Shown here: piece by piece, positions 7,575 through 15,310 of the stretch
Numbering within the stretch: position 1 is the stretch's first letter
Layout of the letters: the number at the start of each line of letters is the position of its first letter
From: Chlamydiales bacterium
GTDB taxonomy: Bacteria > Chlamydiota > Chlamydiia > Chlamydiales > SM23-39
NCBI GenBank assembly: GCA_965261025.1
Contig: OZ253438.1
Span: 840,001-872,000 of the forward strand
Reading direction: 5' to 3'
DNA length: 32,000 nt
Program-made: the position numbers and the translations under genes
The notes under the pieces: generated by a model
The model's input: only the letters and a program-made list of their open reading frames with translations
Told to the model about the DNA's origin: nothing
The model's database searches: none

Positions 7575-9947
7575 ATGAAACTCCCTCTTTCTCAGTTAAA
7601 ACTTTTTTTAGACCTGTCTCTTCCTTTGGAAAAAATAGAAAAATCCCTGACTCTTTTGGGTCTGGAAGTGGAAGAGGTTTATACCACTCCCTTTTTTGAA
7701 AAAGTTGTCGCAGCGGAAATTATTTCCCTCTCTTTTCACCCTAAGACCTCCCGCTTGCTCCTACTACAAGTATCTGATGGAAAACAACATTATTCCATTG
7801 TCTGTTCTGATCTTTCTTGTAAAAAGGGAGATCGAGTGGCTCTTGCAAAAGAAGATGCCATTTTACCCACCAGTAATGGATCCTGTGTCGTAAAGAAACA
7901 GCTCATTCAGGAAGTGCTTTCAGAAGGGATGCTTGTTTCTTCTAAAGAACTTCATCTCTCTCATTCTCATGAATGCGTCTATCGATTAGATGAAACACTT
8001 GCTTTAGGAACTTCCCTTTTTCAAGAGCTTTCTGACACAGTTTTTACCCTTTCTTTAACTCCTAATCTGGGACATTGTCTAAGTGTTTTTGGCGTAGCAA
8101 GGGAGCTCGCTGCTTTTTTAAATCTTCCCTTAAAAAAGCCCTCTTTCTCTTCCGAAACACTTCCTCGAGAGACAAGCCTTTCTTTAAAAATAGACCCTAC
8201 CACCTGCTTTCATTTTTCCTTGAGAAAACTCGAAAACATAACGGTAAAACCCTCTCCTTTCTGGTTAAAAAGGACTTTAGAGCTCTTTGAAATTCCTTCT
8301 GTAAACAACGTAGTGGATATTACCAACTATCTTTTAATGCTCTATGGTCAACCTCTTCACGCATACGATGCCTCTACTCTTTCTTCTTGCCTAGAGGTAA
8401 AATCAATAGATGTGCCTTCTTTTGTTGCTTTAGACGGGAAAACCTATTCTTTAAAAAAAGCACTCTGTGTGGTTTGTGAAAAAGAACCCCTTTGTCTAGC
8501 AGGAGTTATAGGGGGAGAAAAAACCAGCATACAGCCAAAAACTGCTTCCCTTTTTTTAGAAGCAGCCTTTTTTTCTCCCAGCCTGGTAAGAAAAACAGCC
8601 AAACAGCTTCCCCTAAAAACAGAAAGCTCTCAAAGAGCTGAGAAAGGACTAGACCCTTCCCTTATTTCTTTTGTACTACAAAGTGCTACCTCATTGCTTG
8701 AAGAATTAGCTGGAGCTATTCCCCTTTCTGAAATTAGCTTTTCCTCTCCTATTGATCCGATTATTATCGATGTCTCTCTCTCTTATTTTCAGGAAAAATT
8801 GGGTTTGGCTCTTTCTCTATCAGAGATAAAAGAAATCTTGGAAAAGCTCGGGTTTTTGATAAAAAGGGAAAAAGAAGAGCTGCTTTGGGTAGAAGTTCCC
8901 CCTTTTCGACATGATATAAAAATAAAAGCAGATCTCTTGGAAGAAGTAGCCAGAATCTACGGACTGAATCATTTTCCTTCTTATTCTCCCTCGTTTCGTA
9001 TAGGAGCCCATAGGGATCATCCCTTTTATCTCTTCGAGCAACTTCTAAGAAAGACTTTCCTTAGGCAGGGACTGCAAGAAATCATAACTACCGACCTAGT
9101 AAGTCCTTTCATTGCAAAAATTTCCCTAGAAGAGACATTAAAAGAAAAAGACCTACTTCAAGTATTACATGCCAAAAGTGAAGAATATTCTTTTTTAAGA
9201 CCTTCTCTTTTAGGATCTCATCTTACTGTTTTACAACACAACTTCTCTCATAAAAACCGCTCTTTTCAAGGCTTTGAGATTGCTTCTATTTATTTTCAAA
9301 AAGAGACTGTTTTACAAGAGCGTCCTGTTATCTCTTCTATTATGACAGGAGAAGAGGCTCCTTTTCACTTTTCTCAAAAAGAATCTTCTTTTGCCTTTTC
9401 CAAAGCAAAAGGTTTTATAGAAAGCCTTTTAGAAACCTTAAAAATTGGCTCTTACTCTTTTAAGCCCTCCTCCCATCCTAGTTTTCATCCAGGAAGGCAA
9501 GCTAATGTATACATAGGGGATATCTATGCAGGGGTAATAGGGGAAGTTCACCCCTCGCTTCTTTCCCAGTTCGACCTGGATCAGAGAGTCTATTTTTTTG
9601 AACTACATATCTCTTCTTTGTATTCCCAAAAGAAAGAAGCTATTTCCATGAGAGCTCTTCCCTCATTTCCTGGATCACAAAGAGACTGGACTTTTACCGT
9701 AAGGCAAAACTTTAGTGTAGAAAAAATCTTTTCTTTCTGTAAAAAATTGGGTTCTTCTCTTTTAGAAAAAGTAGAGCTAAGAGCTATTTACGAATCAGAA
9801 AAGCTAGGGGATAAGAAAAAAAATCTTACCCTCCGTTTTTATTACAGGGATCTTTTTCGAACTCTTTCCTTGGAGGAAATTGAAAAAGAGCATCAATTCC
9901 TTACCGAAAAAATCGCAAATCATTTAAAAGAATACCTGTATCTATGA
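7575..9947 (+). CDS. pheT: Phenylalanine--tRNA ligase beta subunit
   Basis: The 790-aa ORF has the N-terminal MKLPLSQLKLFLD...LTLLGLEVEEV. Its B3/4 domain motif is NNVVDITNYLLMLYGQPLHAYD. It also has a B5 region (PPFRHDIKIKADLLEEVARIYG) and a C-terminal FDX-ACB-like domain. Confidence 0.93.
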   Translation: MKLPLSQLKLFLDLSLPLEKIEKSLTLLGLEVEEVYTTPFFEKVVAAEIISLSFHPKTSRLLLLQVSDGKQHYSIVCSDLSCKKGDRVALAKEDAILPTSNGSCVVKKQLIQEVLSEGMLVSSKELHLSHSHECVYRLDETLALGTSLFQELSDTVFTLSLTPNLGHCLSVFGVARELAAFLNLPLKKPSFSSETLPRETSLSLKIDPTTCFHFSLRKLENITVKPSPFWLKRTLELFEIPSVNNVVDITNYLLMLYGQPLHAYDASTLSSCLEVKSIDVPSFVALDGKTYSLKKALCVVCEKEPLCLAGVIGGEKTSIQPKTASLFLEAAFFSPSLVRKTAKQLPLKTESSQRAEKGLDPSLISFVLQSATSLLEELAGAIPLSEISFSSPIDPIIIDVSLSYFQEKLGLALSLSEIKEILEKLGFLIKREKEELLWVEVPPFRHDIKIKADLLEEVARIYGLNHFPSYSPSFRIGAHRDHPFYLFEQLLRKTFLRQGLQEIITTDLVSPFIAKISLEETLKEKDLLQVLHAKSEEYSFLRPSLLGSHLTVLQHNFSHKNRSFQGFEIASIYFQKETVLQERPVISSIMTGEEAPFHFSQKESSFAFSKAKGFIESLLETLKIGSYSFKPSSHPSFHPGRQANVYIGDIYAGVIGEVHPSLLSQFDLDQRVYFFELHISSLYSQKKEAISMRALPSFPGSQRDWTFTVRQNFSVEKIFSFCKKLGSSLLEKVELRAIYESEKLGDKKKNLTLRFYYRDLFRTLSLEEIEKEHQFLTEKIANHLKEYLYL

Positions 9948-9965
9948 AAACTTTGGGAGAAGAAA

Positions 9966-10928
9966 ATGGATCGTGTCTTAGCAGCTCTAACAAGCTTCTG
10001 CCTTATTTTGCTTACCTCTGGATGCCAAAGCTCTTCTTGCGGCATGGTCTCAGAGAAATTTATCCATAAGTATGGTTTTGTCGTTTCCAAGAAAGAATGG
10101 GAAGAAAGAGGTCGGGAGGGACAGAGAGTTTCTCTTTGGGATAATGGAATAGAGGTAAACAGTTCTTACCAAGAAGGACTTCTGCACGGGCCTTCTACCT
10201 ATACCTTTCCTTATTCGCCTCAGGTAAAAAAAGAGGAAATTTACGATCAGGGAGAACTTCTTTCCGTACGATTTTTTGATAGGCAAGGAGTTCCTGTATA
10301 CGAAGAAACTTTTGTTATTGATGGAATTAGGGAACTGTCTTACTGGGACAATAACGGAGCTCCTATTGCTTTCGAAAAGTATCAGGGAGGACTTTTGCTA
10401 GAAGGAGTCTACTACACTCCTCTTCACGAGATAGAAGGAAAGATTACCAAAGGAACAGGACTTCGCACTTTTCGGGATAGAGAAGGTATTCTCCTTTACC
10501 AAGATAGAATGGAAAGAGGTTTTTTAAAACAAAGAACTACGTACCATCCCAATGGCAAAGTACACCAAATTGTCCATTATGATAACTACCTACCTCAAGG
10601 AAGAAAAGAAGAATACACCTTTTTAGGAAACCTCCGCATGATATCTCACTGGGATAAGGGAATTTTACATGGAGAGAAAATGGATTTTCGAGAAGGAAAA
10701 AAATTCCGAAGATCTCTCTATCACCGAGGAACTTTAGAAGGAGTAGAAGATCGGTTTGATCCAGAAGAAAACCTGATACAAAAAACCCCATTCCACGAAG
10801 GGAAAAAGCATGGGGAAGCCCTTGCTCTAGAGAAAAACCAATGGAAATCTCATTGGTTTTTTCAAGGGAGATCGGTCTCTAAAGAACGTTTTCTACAACT
10901 AGAGCAGAAAGAGCAGAATACACAATAA
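9966..10928 (+). CDS. Lipoprotein with MORN-variant (YwqK-type) repeats
   Basis: The signal peptide has a lipobox, LILLTSG|C. After it come repeated units of about 23 aa of the form G.(L/K)HG....Y..(N/D)G......Y..G...G, for example YQEGLLHGPSTYTF, YQGGLLLEGVYYT, HWDKGILHGEKMDF and FHEGKKHGEALAL. Confidence 0.7.
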   Translation: MDRVLAALTSFCLILLTSGCQSSSCGMVSEKFIHKYGFVVSKKEWEERGREGQRVSLWDNGIEVNSSYQEGLLHGPSTYTFPYSPQVKKEEIYDQGELLSVRFFDRQGVPVYEETFVIDGIRELSYWDNNGAPIAFEKYQGGLLLEGVYYTPLHEIEGKITKGTGLRTFRDREGILLYQDRMERGFLKQRTTYHPNGKVHQIVHYDNYLPQGRKEEYTFLGNLRMISHWDKGILHGEKMDFREGKKFRRSLYHRGTLEGVEDRFDPEENLIQKTPFHEGKKHGEALALEKNQWKSHWFFQGRSVSKERFLQLEQKEQNTQ

Positions 10929-10955
10929 GACTCCTTCTTACTAGAAAGAGTCTTA
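10926..10955. terminator. Hairpin between convergent genes (possible bidirectional terminator or RNA-stability element)
   Basis: TAAGACTC (10926-10933) pairs with GAGTCTTA (10948-10955), giving an 8-bp stem. A further 3 inner bp follow after one mismatch. It sits in the 33-nt gap between two convergent CDSs. There is no clear U-tract on either strand. Confidence 0.3.
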
Positions 10956-10961
10956 TAGAAA

Positions 10962-11294
10962 TTAATTAGTTTTTTCCTGAGAAGGAGCCACTTCGCTCTC
11001 TTTCACCAAGGAAAGAACTTTTTCCTCTAATTTTTTTGCCTTTTCTTCTAAAAGAGCGGCAGGTTCTTTTTCCAAAGAGGCACTTTTTTCCTCGGAGGCA
11101 GGCTCCATCAGATGAATTTCCTCTTTTGCTTCCTCCACGGGACACGTTCCCCCATGATCCTCTTGAGAGCCCTGACCTTCATCATAGTGAGAGTCTCTCT
11201 CATCTTCCCTCATCATAGAGTTTTTTTTCCCACAAGAGGCAAAAGAACCTAAAGCCAAAGAAAGGCCCAGTCCCATATATACGATCTTTCTCAT
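10962..11294 (-). CDS. Small acidic lipoprotein, hypothetical
   Basis: The 110-aa ORF has a signal peptide plus lipobox (LALGSFAS|CGKK). The mature part is a highly acidic, low-complexity E/K/S-rich region. Confidence 0.6.
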   Translation of the reverse strand: MRKIVYMGLGLSLALGSFASCGKKNSMMREDERDSHYDEGQGSQEDHGGTCPVEEAKEEIHLMEPASEEKSASLEKEPAALLEEKAKKLEEKVLSLVKESEVAPSQEKTN

Positions 11295-11467
11295 TGTATT
11301 CTAAATCTCCTTAAAGTAACGCTTACAAGAAAAATCTAATCGCAAAGGGAAAATTATGCAACTCCTTCTAGAGAAATCGGAAAAAATTGCCCCTTCCTTA
11401 GCTTTCTCTTTTTGGTTAAAAAATTTTTATCTACTTGATTGCAAGTAAATTATAAAAAAAAAATCCT

Positions 11468-11483
11468 TGGCACGCTTTTTGCT
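11468..11483 (+). promoter_or_regulatory. Sigma-54 (RpoN) -24/-12 promoter
   Basis: TGGCAC-GCTTT-TTGCT is an exact match to TGGCAC-N5-TTGC(A/T). An A10 tract (11454-11463) lies immediately upstream. The -12 GC is 42 nt upstream of ATG 11524, and a strong SD AGGGGGA sits at 11513-11519. Confidence 0.7.
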
Positions 11484-11523
11484 TCCTTTATCTAGAGTGT
11501 CACTTCAACTTTAGGGGGATTTT

Positions 11524-11745
11524 ATGTCAGAAAAAAAACTAAAAGATAAGATAGCCAAACTAGAATCCATCAATGATCTACTCTCTGCAGAGATACGTCA
11601 CCTACATCAAATCGCTATGAAGCTAGGATTTCCCGAAGGACTAAAAACCCTAAAAGAAGCCGCCATGGAACTTATCGAACTGGAAGAGAACTGGGAGAAC
11701 TTCCCCACCTCCAAAGAAGATGAGAAAAATCCCCCTAAAGAGTGA
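11524..11745 (+). CDS. Small hypothetical protein (73 aa), predicted helical and acidic; putative sigma-54 target
   Basis: The ORF has a strong SD and sits directly downstream of the -24/-12 promoter. Its sequence is MSEKKLKDKIAKLESINDLLSAEIRHLHQIAMKLGFPEGLKTLKEAAMELIELEENWENF... I recognise no family. Confidence 0.6.
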   Translation: MSEKKLKDKIAKLESINDLLSAEIRHLHQIAMKLGFPEGLKTLKEAAMELIELEENWENFPTSKEDEKNPPKE

Positions 11746-11751
11746 CTTTTT

Positions 11752-12705
11752 TCAGGAAGAAGAGCGAAGGAATTTTTGCTTTTCTTCCTTTTTTTCTTTC
11801 CTAAAAGGTTTGGGTTTCAAACTTGGATCGAAAGGGCGAACCCTTCCTTTTTCTAGACAAGAAATAGAGCAGCATCCTCTACTTTTCTGAATGCAACAAG
11901 GACAAGCCAAAAAAAGCTCATTACAGTCCATATTAGCGCAGTTATAATAGTTCTCCGTTTTTTCCTTGCAAAAATGGCACAGGGCAATATCTTCTTGATT
12001 CTCCTTACAAATAGAGATAACTAATCTATCATCGAAAACAAAAAGCTTTCCCTTCCAGTGATCTGTTCCTACTTCTTCCCCGTACTGGAGAACACCCCCT
12101 TTTAGCTGATAAACTTTTTTAAAGCCCTTACTCTTTACATAAGCAGAATAATATTCGCAACGGATTCCTCCTGTGCAGTACATCATGATGGGCGTATCTA
12201 GATCCTTTCCTTTCAAAAGTTTTTCTGTAAAAGTGGGAAAATCTCGAAAAGAGTCTACATCAGGCAAAACAGCCCCTTCAAAATGGCCTATACAAGATTC
12301 ATAACTATTCCTTGCGTCGATAAGAATGCGGCTTTCCTCAAAAGTATCCAACATTTTTTTCCACTGGACAGGAGTTAAAAACTCCCCGGTTGAAGAAAGA
12401 TCCACTTCCTGATCAAAAGCAACCAGGTCTCGTACTTTCACTTGCATCTTGTGAAAAGCCTGCTCTGAATAAGACTGCATTTTTAGAGAAATATCTTGAT
12501 AAAAAGGGTTTTCCTGGAGTTTTTGCAAAAGTTTTTCTATTTCTTCTCTTTTTCCGCTAAACTGCGCGTTAACGCCTTCCTTAGAAACATAAATTCTTCC
12601 TTTGAAATCCCCCTTTTCAAAATTTCTCCGGAGAAAAACTGCCTCTTCTTCCGGGTTTTCTATAGAAGAGAACAAATAAAAAGAAACCACTAAATAATTT
12701 TGCAT
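11752..12705 (-). CDS. trhO: Rhodanese-domain tRNA uridine(34) hydroxylase (UPF0176/YceA family)
   Basis: The N-terminus YLVVSFYLFSSIENPEE is typical of UPF0176. The rhodanese active-site loop is MMYCTGGIRCEYYSAY. A C-terminal Cys-rich tail is present (CHFCKEK...CANMDC...CPCC). Confidence 0.88.
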   Translation of the reverse strand: MQNYLVVSFYLFSSIENPEEEAVFLRRNFEKGDFKGRIYVSKEGVNAQFSGKREEIEKLLQKLQENPFYQDISLKMQSYSEQAFHKMQVKVRDLVAFDQEVDLSSTGEFLTPVQWKKMLDTFEESRILIDARNSYESCIGHFEGAVLPDVDSFRDFPTFTEKLLKGKDLDTPIMMYCTGGIRCEYYSAYVKSKGFKKVYQLKGGVLQYGEEVGTDHWKGKLFVFDDRLVISICKENQEDIALCHFCKEKTENYYNCANMDCNELFLACPCCIQKSRGCCSISCLEKGRVRPFDPSLKPKPFRKEKKEEKQKFLRSSS

Positions 12706-13142
12706 AAAACAGAGGCTGAAGCCTTCAAACTACCTTAAATATGGGAGACTTATACCTTAAGCTATTAGATTGAATCAAGACTGCTTTTGCCGCTCAGAAA
12801 ATTCACAAGAAAAATCTATTTTCTCGCCCCTTTATCGATGAGCACAGAACGGAGAGAAAAATATTTTCCTTTACCTACAAGCTTCATCAAATTACCCTAT
12901 CTGGCGAGTTCCATATCCTCCTTGTTGTGTTGGTTAGCGTTAACCTAAGAAGAGTAGGGAGCTCACTTCTTAAAATTAAAATTTAAAATCACATTTAGTC
13001 GAACAAACGTATCTTTAAGGGAAAGATATATCCGATCGCTCATGCACGAAATCTGGATCGGTACCAGGGGGTCAGGCTTTATCTGTAACTTCCCTCCCAT
13101 CGGTTTTATTCCTGTAGATATTATTTAGACCTTTCCGATAGA

Positions 13143-13886
13143 ATGCACTCTCCTCCATCCGTGGCTGCGCCTTATGCTTTGCTTCAGTCAAACCAGCTTT
13201 CCCGTAACGGTTTTTATACTTACCATCCTTTTGCTTTTTTAACATTACTAGGAATTACTTTGGGAAATTATAGGGATAACTCCTCTAACTATCAGAAATA
13301 CCAAATAGAAACCCTCCAAGGTAAGGCTACCCACGCGTTAGCTTCCGAAATAGCTTCTCTGAGATCTTCTGTTTTTGCTGAGTATCCTTACCTTTATGAA
13401 GCCACTATCCAACAAGAATCTCAATATTTCCAGACATATATGGATAAGCCATCAGCCCTATGTGTGACAATTAAAGATCACGGATCTGTAGTAGGAATGG
13501 CATTGGGTATGTCTTTGGAAGATCATGACAATGAATACAAACAGCCTTTCCTGGAAAAACCGTTCAACTTACCACAGATCTTCTACCTAGGAGATCTTAT
13601 CTTATTATCTCAATATCGAGGAAAAGGGCTAGGGAAGACCTTATACCAAAAGTTTGAAGACCAAGTTCAAGAAAAAAACTACCAATATATTGCTTTTTGT
13701 GAAATCCAAAGAGGCCCTGATGACCCAAAAAAGCCCCCCCATTATCGTAGTTTGGACACATTTTGGAAAGATCTGGGGTATAACTCCTTAAGTCCAATGA
13801 AAGTGAGTTCTTCCTGGAAGGAGATTGGAGGAGAAGATGCTGTAGAACACGATCTTGTTTTTTCTATCAAGGAGCTTAGTAAATGA
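13143..13886 (+). CDS. GNAT-family N-acetyltransferase with an unusual N-terminal extension of about 55 aa
   Basis: The acetyl-CoA-binding motif A reads LILLSQYRGKGLGKTLYQKFE, matching Q/R-x-x-G-x-G/A. The GNAT core starts near YQIETLQGK. The ATG at 13143 is the only ATG upstream of the core, so the real start is uncertain. Confidence 0.7.
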   Translation: MHSPPSVAAPYALLQSNQLSRNGFYTYHPFAFLTLLGITLGNYRDNSSNYQKYQIETLQGKATHALASEIASLRSSVFAEYPYLYEATIQQESQYFQTYMDKPSALCVTIKDHGSVVGMALGMSLEDHDNEYKQPFLEKPFNLPQIFYLGDLILLSQYRGKGLGKTLYQKFEDQVQEKNYQYIAFCEIQRGPDDPKKPPHYRSLDTFWKDLGYNSLSPMKVSSSWKEIGGEDAVEHDLVFSIKELSK

Positions 13887-14014
13887 AAAAAAGAATAGTC
13901 TTCATTGCTGGTGCCCCAAAAGGATTAGGAAAAGAGCTTGCTTTATTATTCTCTAGTCTCGGAGACAAGGTCTACAAAGAATACCGGAATACGCTAGTAA
14001 TGCTTGGTTTTTAG
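13883..14014 (+). pseudogene. Truncated remnant of a short-chain dehydrogenase/reductase (N-terminal Rossmann segment only, 43 codons)
   Basis: The ATG overlaps the GNAT stop (ATGA). It translates to MKKRIVFIAGAPKGLGKELALLFSSLGDKVYKEYRNTLVMLGF*. The segment IVFI(A/T)GAxxGLGxxLA is the TGxxxGxG cofactor loop of SDRs. A normal SDR is about 250 aa, and no SDR-like continuation is visible in any frame. Confidence 0.55.
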
Positions 14015-14097
14015 CTTCTTCCCATATTTCCTTTTTATCTTGTTACAATAAGGACACCTTCGATTGCCCAATTAGTTTTGAGTTATCAAAAGATTAT

Positions 14098-14436
14098 GTG
14101 AATATTGACCATTTTGGCTTAAATATTGCTGTAATATCTTCTCTTTCTATGTATCACCTCCGTAATTTTCTTTATTTTGTGCCAAAGCATACGCAAAAAA
14201 TTCCTCTAAAGAATCTAACAGAGGGCTTAGTTCATGGGTTTAGTAAATATCAGTTTGAACTCTTGTCTATTTTGCCCTACGTAATGACCCATTCAGGAAG
14301 CTTCATAAAAGATTATAATGCCTATGCATCTTATAATCCCCCATGCCTTATGGTTCTTTTGGGACTCTCTTTTGGAAATTATAAGCACATGGTAGATAAG
14401 GAAATAACAGATCCATTTCAACCCCCTCCCTTTTGA
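14098..14436 (+). CDS. Hypothetical protein (112 aa, GTG start as listed), possibly a gene remnant
   Basis: The ORF has no convincing RBS. Its C-terminal 40 aa share a motif with the N-terminal extension of the GNAT ORF (see findings). I recognise no family. Confidence 0.35.
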   Translation: MNIDHFGLNIAVISSLSMYHLRNFLYFVPKHTQKIPLKNLTEGLVHGFSKYQFELLSILPYVMTHSGSFIKDYNAYASYNPPCLMVLLGLSFGNYKHMVDKEITDPFQPPPF

Positions 14437-14587
14437 GCTTTGCAATAGGAAAGGTTTTTTTGTACTCTGGGATTCTAGATCTCTAAAAAACCTTCAAAGC
14501 TAAAAATTATTCTTTATGAAAAATTTAGGAGAGTAAAAAATCCAAATTTTTACTTTATCTAAGGCGTATTCTGTTCATCAAAAATCC

Positions 14588-14616
14588 TTGTGAAAAAAAT
14601 AAAGTCCCAGTAAGAT
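14588..14616 (+). promoter_or_regulatory. Sigma-70-like promoter for rpsD
   Basis: TTGTGA (14588-14593), a 17-nt spacer, then TAAGAT (14611-14616). It lies about 40 nt upstream of the rpsD ATG. This is sequence match only. Confidence 0.4.
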
Positions 14617-14655
14617 TCAAGGTTTTACAAGCAAAAAGTTTCTCAAGGAGAGTTG

Positions 14656-15273
14656 ATGTCACGTTATACAGGCCCTAAAAACCGCATAGCCAGGCGTTTT
14701 GGTGTAAATATTTTTGGAAGACTGAGGAATCCCTTGCTGCATAAGCCTAATGCCCCGGGGATGCATGGCGCTAAAAGGAAGAAAAAGTCAGAGTATGGAA
14801 CTCAGTTGGAAGAAAAACAAAAGCTTCGCGCTGTATATGGGATGCTTACTCAAAAAAGTCTTGTGAACTCCTTTCGAAAGGCTCTCAATATGCCAGGTGC
14901 CACAGCACATAATTTTTTGCAAATTCTAGAATGCAGATTAGATAATTTAGTGTATCGCCTTCGTTTTGCTTCTACCATCTTTGCAGCACAGCAGCTAGTT
15001 TCTCATGGACACGTTCTTGTAAATGGTAAGAAAGTCGATAGAAGATCTTTTCAAGTAAAACCTGGAATGACTCTTTCTATTAGGGAAAAATCTCAAAAGA
15101 TGAAAGCCATCGCAGAAGCAAAGGGGAATATCCACAGAGAAATCCCTGGCTATCTGTCGACTCACGAGGAGTTTTCAGGAAAGTTAGAGATGCTCCCTGA
15201 GCTTGATCAGATTTCTCTACCTCTTCCTATCAATATTCCCCTAGTTTGTGAGTTTTTAGCTCACACAAACTAG
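14656..15273 (+). CDS. rpsD: 30S ribosomal protein S4
   Basis: The sequence [21 protein letters not shown]...[43 protein letters not shown] covers the S4 N-domain and S4 RNA-binding domain. I prefer the ATG at 14656, which sits 3-5 nt after AAGGAGAG, over the TTG at 14653. Confidence 0.95.
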   Translation: MSRYTGPKNRIARRFGVNIFGRLRNPLLHKPNAPGMHGAKRKKKSEYGTQLEEKQKLRAVYGMLTQKSLVNSFRKALNMPGATAHNFLQILECRLDNLVYRLRFASTIFAAQQLVSHGHVLVNGKKVDRRSFQVKPGMTLSIREKSQKMKAIAEAKGNIHREIPGYLSTHEEFSGKLEMLPELDQISLPLPINIPLVCEFLAHTN

Positions 15274-15310
15274 TTGGCTCTTTACCCTAGTTTTTCTGAG
15301 AGGGAATATC

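Noticed and set aside
13060-13105. A possible 4.5S/SRP-RNA-like motif (ACCAGGGGGTCAGGC...CTTCCCTCCC) in the long non-coding stretch
   Set aside because: It only superficially resembles the ACCAGGUCAGGUCC helix-8 5' strand. There is no GGAA/GNRA tetraloop, no matching GGAAGCAGCC 3' strand and no convincing extended helix. It needs cmscan before any claim.
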